The position numbers and the translations under genes were made by a program. The notes beneath the pieces were generated by a model that was not told the origin of the DNA, searched no databases, and worked only from the letters and a program-made list of their open reading frames with translations. Below, in pieces: positions 40,884-51,449 of a DNA stretch of 64,000 bases (positions are counted from its first letter, which is position 1; each line of letters starts with the position of its first letter). Location of the stretch: contig CAVXTM010000001.1 in the NCBI GenBank assembly GCA_963764725.1, positions 160,001 to 224,000 of the forward strand, written 5' to 3'. Source of the DNA: an uncultured Gammaproteobacteria bacterium (GTDB taxonomy: Bacteria; Pseudomonadota; Gammaproteobacteria; JACCXJ01).

Positions 40884-40980
40884 ACGGATCTCTCAGCGGT
40901 GACGGAAAGAGTCATCGCCACGCCGCGGTTAAACGCGCATTGTCGGCTTCATGGAGTTTCGCCTGAATCCGGACTCGCCA

Positions 40981-42006
40981 TTAGTGTTTCGGGCTCTGCG
41001 CCGGAACAGAGGCCGGGCCGCGACGCTCTGACAATTCCGCAGCACATATGGCCAGAAGCTTACACAGCGTTTCAAGCGAAACCGCGAGCGGCAGCGCTGC
41101 GCCTTCCTCGACGTTGCTGTCAAATAAATCACCCGCCTCACCGAGATACTCGGCCGCGACTCTCCGGTTGGAGGGACGATAGTGCTCGATAATCTTATGT
41201 ACCGTACTGGCGTCCAGTCCGAGTGGCAAACCGCCGATCCCGCGAGCCAGCGCCTCGTCCATGAGCCAGTCGAGATCGCCGGGCCTGGTTACTTGTTCCG
41301 CAAAGAGTTTGAAGGCCAGCAGCTCGGTCGGCAGACTGCGATTTTCCCATTTACCGTTCCGCTCTTCGCGTTCGCGCACCAGTTTCGCGTCATAGCGAAC
41401 GCCGCAGGCGTCGAGCAAGCGGCAAGTGATACTTTCCTTTTCGGCGGCCAGGCGATCAAACACCTGAACCTTGATGGCCTGCTTGCCGAATTCCTCGGCC
41501 CACGGTTGCAGCCTTGCGTACCAGTCATGCCGCTGCGTCATGGCGGCGAACGGGGCGAGTGGTTTGGTGCGATTCAGGGCTTTGACATCTTGATTGAAAC
41601 CGGACACTAATATTCGATCCTGCCGGCGGAGAACAGCGATGATGGTGACGTCCTCGCGACTCATCCCCGACGATTCGAGCAACGCTTTGAGCAGTCGCGG
41701 ATCCGACTCGCTGAAGTATTCCGATGAAAGAATGACGGTGTGTGCATTCGCCGTCACTGGCCGGCACTGCTTGATCGCTTCGTCCAGACCGATCGCGGAC
41801 TTGATGTGCTGGAAATCAGGCCTTTGATGTAATCCGCTGCCAACGGGGGTCGCTTCCACGGCTAGCCGGTGACAAGCCAAGGTGGTGGCGGGTATCCAGG
41901 CGCCTTGCGCGGCAAAGCAATCGCGCATGCCTACAAGCACAGCCTGAATCAGGCTGGTCGCGGTTTTCGGCATGCCGATATGAATTCGTAGGCTGGCCAC
42001 AGTCAT
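40981..42006 (-). CDS. Sulfotransferase-like protein (paralog of 39873-40883)
   Basis: IHIGMPKTATS, LSSEY, LRRQD, NRSLP. Confidence 0.75.
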   Translation of the reverse strand: MTVASLRIHIGMPKTATSLIQAVLVGMRDCFAAQGAWIPATTLACHRLAVEATPVGSGLHQRPDFQHIKSAIGLDEAIKQCRPVTANAHTVILSSEYFSESDPRLLKALLESSGMSREDVTIIAVLRRQDRILVSGFNQDVKALNRTKPLAPFAAMTQRHDWYARLQPWAEEFGKQAIKVQVFDRLAAEKESITCRLLDACGVRYDAKLVREREERNGKWENRSLPTELLAFKLFAEQVTRPGDLDWLMDEALARGIGGLPLGLDASTVHKIIEHYRPSNRRVAAEYLGEAGDLFDSNVEEGAALPLAVSLETLCKLLAICAAELSERRGPASVPAQSPKH

Positions 42007-42024
42007 CGTCCGGTACGGCGCTGC

Positions 42025-42200
42025 CTAGCCCATGATATGGCACGCCTTCGAGACATTCCCAAGTTGCTTCGCCAGCTCCAACAATCCTAGCTTCGGTCGA
42101 ATGATCTTCTCACTCTGAGTCATCGTCGTTCTCCTTTGTCGTCATTTATGACCAACACGCGGAGAATACCAACTGGTCAGATAAGATTATAACTAATACA
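42025..42200 (-). mobile_element. IS481-family left-end remnant
   Basis: End TGTATTAGTTATAATCTTATCTGAC at 42200; ORF stub MTQSEKIIRPKLGLLELAKQLGNVSKACHIMG* (42123-42025). Confidence 0.75.
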
Positions 42201-42516
42201 GGTAATCCGATCGGCCAGCCTATCGTCTCCTCCTATGAGCCAACTGCCAACCCGATTGCGGCAACCAACTGAAGCACTGCGTATCGCACTCGAACTCTCG
42301 TCATTGCCGATATCCCAAATAGAACCCATCGTGGAGCAGTCTTGACTCCGTTGGACCCGTAGCTAGAGCATGAACCACCACTCGCGGAAGTGAGCCCTCG
42401 AACCTCTTGTTCCACGTGTCGCTGTTCATGGTATGGCGGATAGCTTTCCTAATGCCATGGCGCCAACAATAACGCTCCGCATCTCTAGGGAAACTCAATG
42501 ATACATTCACTTTCGC

Positions 42517-43605
42517 CTACGGCTTGAGCATAATCGCCACATTCTGCCTGTTTGCAAACTCACCGTATCTTTTAATTTCGACAATCTCAAAATACCGAGC
42601 CCACACTCGTGTCACATAATCAATCGTGTGGTAGGTTGTTTGGTAAAAATCGGGAAAGACATGAGCCCATGCATCGTTGTCAAGAAAAGCGATGCCGGCA
42701 TTCGCTTTCCACAGCTCATCAATCTTTGCTCTATACTCGGACTTGTTTGCTAAGTGGTTTTCGACGTAATCATCCCCGTGGAAAGTTGCAACTACTAGTC
42801 CTCCCGGTCTTACTATTCGCCGCCATTCACCCAGCCAAGCGTTCTGCAGCGCTTCGTCGAGATGAGTCAAGACCGAGATTGCGTAAAGAAAATCCACGGA
42901 GTTTGCGCCTATGGGAAGAGGAGGCTGAGTCGTACCTTCCAAGAACTGTCCCATACGCAAGTGCTTCTTGCACCAGTTGATCGCCGGGCCGTGCAGGTCG
43001 CATCCAACAAATTTGGCAGTGGTCATATCCGCAAGGAAATTCATGACGCGACCGCAACCACACCCAAAGTCAACGACGAGGTTGGCCTGCTCAATCTGTA
43101 GACCACTGGCCGCTGTCCAAACCGCCAAAATTTCCGCGGTCCGAGCGCCGCCCTTCATGAAGGCCTCAGGATCAGGCCGGCCCGTGAAGGCCTGCGCGAG
43201 CCATCCAGGCGGAATCGGATGACCAAACTGGTCGCGCAACGGGTTGAGGTATAGCGGATCCCGCAGCGGATCTATGGCGTGAAAACTGATTTCTCCATCT
43301 TCGACTCGATCGAAAGCTACAACATCGCCCACTGCCAGACCGGCAGTCTGAATAAAATTGCGCCCATAAGCGAAAACGTTCGGCGTGTTCCATGCAACGG
43401 TGCGAGGAGTGCCTGAGTTATTTTTTGCGCGACGAGCAGTGATCCGCCCTCTCTCTGGAACAAAGAGGTCGATTTTTTCTGTAGGGCGAATATTCGCTCT
43501 TTGTGCTACAGAAGTTGGCAGGGGAACACCGACAACTTTTAATGTCGCTGTCGCGAGTGCCCCGGCCGAGGATTGCTCACGGCTTGTCGATGCGTTGAAC
43601 GTCAT
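42517..43605 (-). CDS. Class I SAM methyltransferase with N-terminal extension
   Basis: VDFGCGCGR, YAISVLTHL, RRIVRPGG; ATG at 43605 inferred. Confidence 0.85.
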   Translation of the reverse strand: MTFNASTSREQSSAGALATATLKVVGVPLPTSVAQRANIRPTEKIDLFVPERGRITARRAKNNSGTPRTVAWNTPNVFAYGRNFIQTAGLAVGDVVAFDRVEDGEISFHAIDPLRDPLYLNPLRDQFGHPIPPGWLAQAFTGRPDPEAFMKGGARTAEILAVWTAASGLQIEQANLVVDFGCGCGRVMNFLADMTTAKFVGCDLHGPAINWCKKHLRMGQFLEGTTQPPLPIGANSVDFLYAISVLTHLDEALQNAWLGEWRRIVRPGGLVVATFHGDDYVENHLANKSEYRAKIDELWKANAGIAFLDNDAWAHVFPDFYQTTYHTIDYVTRVWARYFEIVEIKRYGEFANRQNVAIMLKP

Positions 43606-44025
43606 GGTTGATACCTTCTCTTGTCTTGCGCCAACCAAATTATGTCGCAGCGCCTAGCCTGCAAACTATCTTCGCGACAAAACAAGCCGCTTAATGTACT
43701 CAGGGCCAGAGGAATTTGACACCCACTTGGCCAAAGCCTTAGTTCGTCCTAAAAAGAGGTTTGGAACTCGCCAGCAGCTCCGAACCGAATCGTTAGGAGG
43801 GTAGCTACTGCCTATTATTCTTCACGACAGACTCCCCTACTTGTGTCGTCACAGGATCTGATACGCTAACCAATTCCGCATTCGATGCCAGGCACTACAC
43901 CAATTCGTGTCCTCAAGGGCATCGATTAGTGACTGAAATTTGGGACTGGCTAGGAAAGTCCGGGCCCAAGGTAACCAACTCCGGTGACCTAGCGTATTCG
44001 GTGTGAACGCAAATCTGGCGGTCCC

Positions 44026-45068
44026 GTGACCACTCATGAATGTGAAGAAAATGGAGAAATCTCCCACAAAATATTATTACATATCGGAGCGCCCAAGTGC
44101 GGAAGCTCCGCTATTCAGAAGTTTCTCGCTAACAATGCCACCGAACTATACGGTCAGAACATCATTGTCCCAGGACAAAAATTCGAATACCGGAATAATA
44201 TAAGCGGTAACCATATTTGGTATATTGAAGAACTTGCCACAGATATCAAGGCAGCAAAGGAGGTAATCGCTCGTCAATTAAAATCTCTAGTCGCAGAACA
44301 TCTTAATAACGTTGAAATAGGTAAACAACAACCGAAGATAATTATTAGTGCAGAAAACTTGACTAGAAAACAAAATTATTTGTTATTCGAAGGTATTCCA
44401 GAATTCTCTGTGCATCCTTTGATTTATGTTCGGCGTCAAGATGACTTCCTTATTTCTGCGTGGCAACAATGGTATTTAAAGGAGAACGACGACTTTTTGG
44501 CTTGGTTAATATCGAGTATAGGACGACTTGGTAACTGGAGTCATCTGTTGGAGCCATGGGCTAAAACTTACGGCAAAGAGAATATGCTTGTGAGAGCATT
44601 CGACAAAAATAGAATGCACAAAGGAAGTATAATAAGTGACTTCTGTCGTCAGGCCGGAATCGCGGAGACGAGTGTGCAGGATGTGGGCAACGCTAATCCA
44701 TCTCCAAAGCAGTAGGTGAATTGGCCGCTTGCGCGAACGGGGTATTCAAGGATATTCACGACCATGATTTCTTTCATATGATCACCGCTCTGACCGGAGA
44801 CCGTCACTACAAATCAGAAAAGGACGAGTTTTTGTCGTCCGCGCAACGACGAGCAATAATGAGTCACTATGAGGCAGGTAACTCAAAGTTGCGAGAACAA
44901 TTTTTCCCCGGACTCGGCGAGAAGGATGACCTTTTTTCTCCTGTGGTAGACGTGTCTGGTTCAGATGTAAGGGATATCGAGTCAGCCAAATTCGCGCTAT
45001 TAGCAGAGCTCGTTTTTGGATTGTATAAGCGGCGGCTAAAAAATCTGGAAACGGGAAAGACGCTCTAG
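44026..45068 (+). pseudogene. Sulfotransferase-like protein, frameshifted near 44710
   Basis: LHIGAPKCGSS, ISAEN, VRRQD, NANPS; C-terminal half in another frame; visibly AT-rich. Confidence 0.75.
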
Positions 45069-45199
45069 AAAAGAAAGCGAGGCTAGACGGCGGCGCTGTG
45101 ACTTGCCACCAAAAATCAGAGGTTCGCCGCAATGCCGGTCGCGACCTGATTGCGCGAAACGGAGGTTGTCGGAGCGAAGGGGGTATAGGAAGCCCTGGT

Positions 45200-45535
45200 T
45201 CATCCAGCCTTCTTCATTGCGGTCGTGCCCAATGGATCATGTGCTGGAACTCGTGCGCCAGCACACTGTCGAGCTCCGGGTTGCCGGGAGTCTGGTTTTC
45301 GGCGCTGCCGAAGAACAGCTCCTTCTCGTTGGAAAATTCGTTGGCCAGGCGATCGGAGGTCTCCGTCCACACCGGGGTTCCACTCGCTGCCAAAGAATTC
45401 GCGATTGGTGGGGTAGACGTTTTCTTGGAAGTTGTCTACCACGGCCTGCACATCGCGCTCGACGACGGGCACCCCGACCTGGGCGAAGAAATACACGTTC
45501 TCGGACTTGTAGATCAACTCTGCCGTCACCTGCTA
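45200..45535 (-). pseudogene. HEXXH zinc metallopeptidase fragment (immune inhibitor A/M30-like)
   Basis: YPTNREFFGSEWNPGVDGD and, in another frame, NEKELFF..SVLAHEFQHMIHW..NEEGWMN. Confidence 0.7.
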
Positions 45536-45639
45536 TGCCGACGCGATCGATCAATTGCTGTTGCTTGGCGTGCGGAAGCCGTCTGAAACCGAAGCTCTCG
45601 ACGCCCGTCGGCGTGTTTACCCAGCCCGTGTAGATAAAG

Positions 45640-45830
45640 TGGCAGAGCTCAAAGAAAATTTACAGCAGGCTCGTGAGATGCTCAAGCAGCGAGACGAACA
45701 GGAAACCCTGCGATTAGAACTGAACCGGCTGATACGCTCGAAGAGCTAGCGTATTACGGCGCCGCTTCGGAAAACTGCCATGGCGTTGAGGAGGATTTTG
45801 CGAACGCCTGATGGAAAGGGAGCGACATGA
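45640..45830 (+). pseudogene. Coiled-coil / SxSWRITAPLR tail of a polysaccharide-synthesis protein
   Basis: ELKENLQQAREMLKQRDEQ..RSKS*RITAPLRK; the Trp position is TAG at 45747. Confidence 0.6.
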
Positions 45831-45959
45831 TCGACTATGCTCGCATCAGCCACATGCTGGCCTATGAGCATCGGGGGTGTGGCCACTCAATGTAACGCCG
45901 CTCGATCCGACGACGAAGAGCGTCTTTCGGAAAGGCACGCGAGGCTGGGAGTATCCGTT

Positions 45960-46502
45960 GCTATGCTAAAGCGCGGATGAAAGACATCGAGGCCTTCGCG
46001 GAACTGGGAGAGCACTTTGATTACTTGGTCAAGACCTACTCGTCTGGCATGTGCGTGTGTCTGGCGTTCTCCACGTTCATATTCTTGGAACCGCTTGGTG
46101 GACGAGACCCTGAGCGTCGGCGACTTTTTTCGAGTTATTGGCACGCTCGCAGGTGCGGGTCGAGGCACCTATCTCGGCGTAATACTTCACGATCGACTAG
46201 GCCAAGGGATTTTTTCGACACATGTTCATGGTCAAGGAGTTAAGATTCCGCCCTTTGAAGCTGGAGAACTGGTACGCGCGTGCTTCGAAGTGAGGATGTC
46301 GCTTAACCCAGGCGCTTATGGGTTAGTGGTCGTCGCCAGTGCAAGGGACCCGGCGGGCGACCCAAACCGCGGTGTATTTCTTGATCGCCACGGGCAGCTT
46401 GGACCAATCCAGGTTGTCTGGTCGCGCCCGGTTAGGCCATGTGGGGGATCTCATGGCTCGATACGAAAATTGATGTGGAAGTCGTGGAGGCTTTCACAGT
46501 AG
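45960..46502 (+). pseudogene. wzt: Wzt ABC ATPase remnant with Wzt_C piece
   Basis: IEAFAELGEHFD..KTYSSGM, LVDETLSVGD and LNPGAY fragments; multiple deletions. Confidence 0.8.
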
Positions 46503-46535
46503 AGAAAGAGGAAAACATCAGATAGGAGTCAACCC

Positions 46536-47351
46536 TTGGTGACAGAACGATGCCATGAGCTCCCGCCAACAAACTCAAAGGAGAAAAGTGTGGTCTTTAT
46601 TACCATGCACAAAGCGGGGAGCGTTTTCGTCAACGGCGTGATACGGGATATTCTCACCGGGCTTGGCCTGGTTCACATTGATTTTGCGAAAACAGCCTTC
46701 CGGAAGAGTGCATTTGAAGCGGATTACTGCATCGAGCGGTCTCCTTTGCTAAGTATGCCAGGATACTACTTCGGCGCCTTTCGCGGGCCATACGTCGAAA
46801 GCTTTGCGGACCTGTCGAAAAACCGTCTGGTGGTGCAGGTGAGAGATCCGCGAGACTGTATTGTGTCCTTGTACTTCTCGTTCCGCTATAGTCACCCTTT
46901 ACCCGGCGAGGGAGAACTTCGGGACAGACTAAAACACATCCGTAGCGAAACCTCGGCGAAGGCGATCGATTCGTTCGCGATGGATCAGGTTCGCAACCAG
47001 GCGAAAGGGATGACAGTTATCCGGAAGGTTCTAGAGCATTATCCGGAGACGCTTCTGCTCAAGTATGAGGAAATGGTGTTGGATTTTGACGCGTGGTTCC
47101 AAAAGCTCAGGGAGTTCTTGGGAGTGCCTATGTCTCAGGACGACATCAACCGGTATAAAACGGCGGTCTTGCCCTGCCACGAAGACGTCAACAAACACAA
47201 ACGACAGGTTCTTCCCGGGGACTTTAGACGAAAGCTTGAGATCGAGACGCAGGAGGCGGTGACGCGGGGGCTCCAAGTGCACCTAGAGCGTTTTGGTTAC
47301 CTAGATTTTGGGGTTGACCGCGAAATGAAAGACTATGGAGATCCGAGCTAG
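46536..47351 (+). CDS. Sulfotransferase domain protein
   Basis: TMHKAGS, VRDPRDCIVSLYFS, KYEE, PGDF motifs. Confidence 0.85.
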   Translation: MVTERCHELPPTNSKEKSVVFITMHKAGSVFVNGVIRDILTGLGLVHIDFAKTAFRKSAFEADYCIERSPLLSMPGYYFGAFRGPYVESFADLSKNRLVVQVRDPRDCIVSLYFSFRYSHPLPGEGELRDRLKHIRSETSAKAIDSFAMDQVRNQAKGMTVIRKVLEHYPETLLLKYEEMVLDFDAWFQKLREFLGVPMSQDDINRYKTAVLPCHEDVNKHKRQVLPGDFRRKLEIETQEAVTRGLQVHLERFGYLDFGVDREMKDYGDPS

Positions 47352-47409
47352 CGAACAGCTGTTTGGATCATCGATCGGAACGGGGCGTATCCCGTGCCAA
47401 AAAGTTTTG

Positions 47410-48177
47410 TCACCTCCGGCAAACTCTTACGGCTTCCGCGATCTCAAGCTTCTCGAAAACTTCGAGTTCACCCCCCACCGTAGCGTCCCATATATTGCGC
47501 CCGTGCGCTTCGAAAGCCTTGCGCGCTAAAAAATAACCTCGTTCCGATTCCGCTAAATCAGGCAGGTTCCACTTGATTCCCTTCCCGAAATAGTTGGGAT
47601 CGAAATGATTCTGATCATCGCCACGGCTCACGACGAGCTTGTTTGCCGGACCTGCGACGGCGAATGAGTGATCGATGCCAAGAAGGATAACGGGATCGGC
47701 GCCCATATAAAAAGCGAACTGTAACGCCGCATAGCTCACCGTTCCACTGATGCCGACTCCCCGGGTAATGTCGGTCGAAAACGAGCCGTCGGCGAGGTCT
47801 AGAAAATAGGTTGCGCCCCGGCGGTTCTTGCGCGTTATGAACCATCGGCTTTGCCAGGATAAATACACCGGGATCTCAATAGCGGCGTAGCGATCCTGAT
47901 GTTGCGCCATGACGTGTCTATTCATACAGATGATGAGGCTTGGGCGCCATTTAACCCGCGGGAACAGAAGATCGATCTTGTTCATACCGATCGCCGGCAC
48001 ACCGACGAACTCGTCCAAAGGGGTGCTATTCAGGCTCGAGCCGTTGCCGACCACGAGCATGGGCTGATTCGCGAACCGGTTCCTCAATTGCGCGAGCCGC
48101 AAAGCGTGCTCGGTCAGCCGGTAAGTGAGCCCTTCAAGCCGGTACCGAATAGGCCGGATTGTGCGACCCAGTACCAA
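47410..48177 (-). CDS. Maf/MptE-like (DUF115) ulosonate transferase candidate
   Basis: VGNGSSL, GMNKI, LQFAFYMG, LGIDHSF, NHFDPNYF, DATVGG. Confidence 0.8.
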   Translation of the reverse strand: MVLGRTIRPIRYRLEGLTYRLTEHALRLAQLRNRFANQPMLVVGNGSSLNSTPLDEFVGVPAIGMNKIDLLFPRVKWRPSLIICMNRHVMAQHQDRYAAIEIPVYLSWQSRWFITRKNRRGATYFLDLADGSFSTDITRGVGISGTVSYAALQFAFYMGADPVILLGIDHSFAVAGPANKLVVSRGDDQNHFDPNYFGKGIKWNLPDLAESERGYFLARKAFEAHGRNIWDATVGGELEVFEKLEIAEAVRVCRR

Positions 48178-48200
48178 CGAATTAATCCAAGCCCGAGAGG

Positions 48201-49694
48201 CTAGAGCGTCCGGCGCCGAAAAGCTGCCAGCGCAGCGCGTAACCTAAACGCCGCGGAGCGCACAATTCGGGCAATCGCTGGATATTTGCGCTGGAGGTAA
48301 TTTGCGACGAGGTAATGCAGCGAGTACTTCGCCATCTGCATTAACGGCACTTGGGATTTCGCCATTGGATCTGGGGCTACACGAGAGGCGCTCCGCGGGA
48401 TTTGATTTCCTGCCCAGCCATGTCGAGCAGCCGCCTCGACCAAGATCCCGTGAAATCCCGCTCGCACCCCTTCGCAAGCATGTCGCTCGAAGACAAACGC
48501 CCGGCCTCGCTCGCCGAGGTTTCTTGCGTGGTCGCTGTCTTCCGCGAGGCGGCGCAACGCGCTCGACACGCGCAGCGGATCGCGCTCGCTTACGACCTCG
48601 GCCACCCCGTGGTTCGCTAAATAATCGATGGTTGCTAGTCCACGCGGACCATAGGCAAACACTGGAGCTCCGGACGCCAAGCACTCCGGCAATTTGTTCG
48701 CCATGGAATACCGTACGTAGCGCATGCTGGCCTCATCAAAGCTATACGCGATCACGAGCAGATCGCTCTCGAAGAGCAGATGCCGGTGTGCTTCCTCGCT
48801 CATATTGCCTTCATGCACAGTTACGCCTCGGAAACCCTTGAGCGCGCTGCGTCCGGCCGCAAACCACGGGCCCATGGTGTATACTTCGAAACTTAACCCG
48901 CACTCGTCATGCAAGCTATTCACCGCGCGCGCTACATCCACAACGCTCGCGAGCGTCATATCTTCAGCCAAGCCCCCGACGTATCGGATCACCACTGGCT
49001 CGCCGGCTCCGCTAGCCGATCTGCGCCTGCGGTCAAGCACGGTCCACTCTTCGGGTTCAACGCAATTCGCGACCGGATAAAAAGGGACTCCGTAGCGCTC
49101 GCTAAACGCTGCCGACATGGCCTCGCCGATGCTCAAACACGCGGCACTGCGCCAGAGTATGCGCCGAAGCGACTTTTCCGCTTCAGCACCGTCTTTGAGC
49201 CGCGCCATCCAATCGTCCATCAGGTGCGTCACGACCGGAATGCCCAACCTATCGATGACAGCCTCCGCCCATTGGTGAAAGCCTTCCGGCCGGTCGTGTG
49301 GGCGGTAGTAAATCACGTCGGGCTGAAATGCAATGCACGCTTCCCATGCCTCCGCGGCATCCACCGCAGGTGCGTCTTCCGGTAGGGGTGCCCAACCCCG
49401 GTATAATCCCAGGCCTATCCGCCTCCAGGCATGAACTTGTAGGAGCGCCTCGCCCGGCCAGCCGGCAAACAACCGCTTCTTGACCTGTCCGGTGGCAGAT
49501 ATAGATCCCAGGCGGGTGCTATCCAGGATTAAGATGCGCGGAAACACCTCGCGCCGCACCGCAGCTGGCAACGCTTTCGGCGTGAAAAGGCGATCGTACT
49601 GAACTCGCTCAAACACTTCGAGTTCTCCGCCAACCGTCGCATTCAGGGTCTGGACCGCCGTCGCGCGCCGGGCTTCCTCGTACGCTTCGATCAT
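48201..49694 (-). CDS. GT4 glycosyltransferase with a residual Maf-domain tail at its N-terminus
   Basis: HLMDDW, RYSMANKLPECLASG; begins EAYEEAR..NATVGGELEVF. Confidence 0.78.
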   Translation of the reverse strand: MIEAYEEARRATAVQTLNATVGGELEVFERVQYDRLFTPKALPAAVRREVFPRILILDSTRLGSISATGQVKKRLFAGWPGEALLQVHAWRRIGLGLYRGWAPLPEDAPAVDAAEAWEACIAFQPDVIYYRPHDRPEGFHQWAEAVIDRLGIPVVTHLMDDWMARLKDGAEAEKSLRRILWRSAACLSIGEAMSAAFSERYGVPFYPVANCVEPEEWTVLDRRRRSASGAGEPVVIRYVGGLAEDMTLASVVDVARAVNSLHDECGLSFEVYTMGPWFAAGRSALKGFRGVTVHEGNMSEEAHRHLLFESDLLVIAYSFDEASMRYVRYSMANKLPECLASGAPVFAYGPRGLATIDYLANHGVAEVVSERDPLRVSSALRRLAEDSDHARNLGERGRAFVFERHACEGVRAGFHGILVEAAARHGWAGNQIPRSASRVAPDPMAKSQVPLMQMAKYSLHYLVANYLQRKYPAIARIVRSAAFRLRAALAAFRRRTL

Positions 49695-49783
49695 CTTGTC
49701 GACCTATGGATCCTGCCAGGATTGGTCCCGTCATATACGCCGCAAGCGTCCCACCTGGGATGGACTTCGGTCTAGCCGTGCAG

Positions 49784-50545
49784 TTATAAACGCTTGACTT
49801 TTGCGGTGCCCTGATCACGCTCGGCCCGCTCCGCCGGAGCACAATGTCTTAGGGCCGCCTCGTACTGCAGCAGCACGTCCTCAGCCGTGCCTTCGCAACG
49901 CGCGCGCCCATTCTCGATCCAGACCGCCCGGTCGCACAAACTTCGTATGGTGCCGGGGCTGTGAGAGACAACCACCACGGTCTTCTCCGATTTTATTTTA
50001 TCCCTGAGTACAGCTGTCGATTTACGGCGAAACTCCGCATCGCCGACCCCGAGCACTTCGTCGATTAGAAGGACATCTGAATCGAGCTGACAGGCCACGG
50101 CGAATCCGAGCCGCGCTTTCATTCCCGCCGAGTATTCGAACATCGGCTCATCGAAGAATTCGCCTAGTTCCGCGAAGTCGGCGATCGCCCCCAACCGGCT
50201 TTCGATCTCGCGCCGCGAAAATCCCAGCATCAATCCCCCAAGCGTGGCGTTTTCCCGCCCCGTGAGATACGGAACGAATCCCACGTTCAGCGCCAACAAT
50301 GCCGCCCGGCAGCCGTTGTGTGTCACCGAGCCCACGTCGGGCTGCGTTATTCCGGCAAGCACCTTGAGGAGTGTCGTCTTACCGCAACCGTTTCGACCGA
50401 TGACGCCCAAAGATTCCGCGTGATAGAGATCGAATGAAACATCTTTGAGCGCCCAGAACTGCTTACGTTTGAGCAGCCCACGGCGCAACCGGTACTGCAC
50501 CCCGACGTGACGCACCGAAATTAATGTCCGTCTCACTTTGCACAT
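49784..50545 (-). CDS. wzt: Polysaccharide ABC exporter ATP-binding protein (no C-terminal domain)
   Basis: GRNGCGKTT, YSAGM, LIDEVLGVGD. Confidence 0.92.
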   Translation of the reverse strand: MCKVRRTLISVRHVGVQYRLRRGLLKRKQFWALKDVSFDLYHAESLGVIGRNGCGKTTLLKVLAGITQPDVGSVTHNGCRAALLALNVGFVPYLTGRENATLGGLMLGFSRREIESRLGAIADFAELGEFFDEPMFEYSAGMKARLGFAVACQLDSDVLLIDEVLGVGDAEFRRKSTAVLRDKIKSEKTVVVVSHSPGTIRSLCDRAVWIENGRARCEGTAEDVLLQYEAALRHCAPAERAERDQGTAKVKRL

Positions 50546-51310
50546 TCACATCGCTACCTTGGGATAAACGCGGTCATAGCGAATCAGGATCAACAATGCC
50601 GCAGTTACCAGCGCGGCGGAAAAAAGGCTGATGATCCCTAAGCCTTCCCAATCCGGCCATAATCCCCGCAGCAGTACGTTTCGATAGCCGTCGATCAAGC
50701 CTGCCATTGGGTTCAGAAAGAAAAATGACCGCACCTCCGGCGGCAATCGGGCTGGATCAAAGAAAACGCCCGAGAGGAAGAATAGCAAGCGGAGCCCATA
50801 GTTCACGAGTTTATTCAGATCCGGGAAAAACGGTACAATCGCGGCGCATAGAAACGTGACGCCCACGGTAAACAGTAGCTGGACCAACACGATTAACGGC
50901 AAGGCAAGTCCACAAAGGGTCCATTCGATACCGTACCACAGCAAAAATACAACCAGTACGGCGAGCAGCACGGCAAACCTACAAACCCCCATCAAAACGG
51001 CGACCGCCGGGAAGACAGCCTTTGGAACATAAACTAGCCCCATCAGCGCTGACGCCTTGGATATGGTTTTGGCACCATCCGATACCGTCGTGCTAAACCA
51101 TTGCCATACTGCCACGCCAATCATCAAAAACGGCACGTAGTCCACGGTTCTTTTCTGAAGGAACACCCCAAAGACAAGGTAAAAAGTGCCCATCAAAATA
51201 ATTGGATCAATAATCCACCATAGGAAGCCGACATGGCTCGTAGCTGTTTCGGCCTTGAGGTCTGCGTACGTCTTGTACAAGATCAAATCGAGATACTTAA
51301 ATTTCAACAT
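50546..51310 (-). CDS. wzm: Polysaccharide ABC exporter permease
   Basis: GFLWWIIDP, YVPK, FLSGVFF, LNPMA. Confidence 0.92.
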   Translation of the reverse strand: MLKFKYLDLILYKTYADLKAETATSHVGFLWWIIDPIILMGTFYLVFGVFLQKRTVDYVPFLMIGVAVWQWFSTTVSDGAKTISKASALMGLVYVPKAVFPAVAVLMGVCRFAVLLAVLVVFLLWYGIEWTLCGLALPLIVLVQLLFTVGVTFLCAAIVPFFPDLNKLVNYGLRLLFFLSGVFFDPARLPPEVRSFFFLNPMAGLIDGYRNVLLRGLWPDWEGLGIISLFSAALVTAALLILIRYDRVYPKVAM

Positions 51311-51449
51311 GACAATGCATCTGTATCTTGTGTGCTATTGTAGAGCTTCCCTAAACGCGGGGGCCGCTGGCTTATCACGAAAACCTCACAAGCGTCGTGC
51401 CTCGTCGTTACCAACTGATCGAATGCAAGCGATGCTTTTGTGCGGTATT

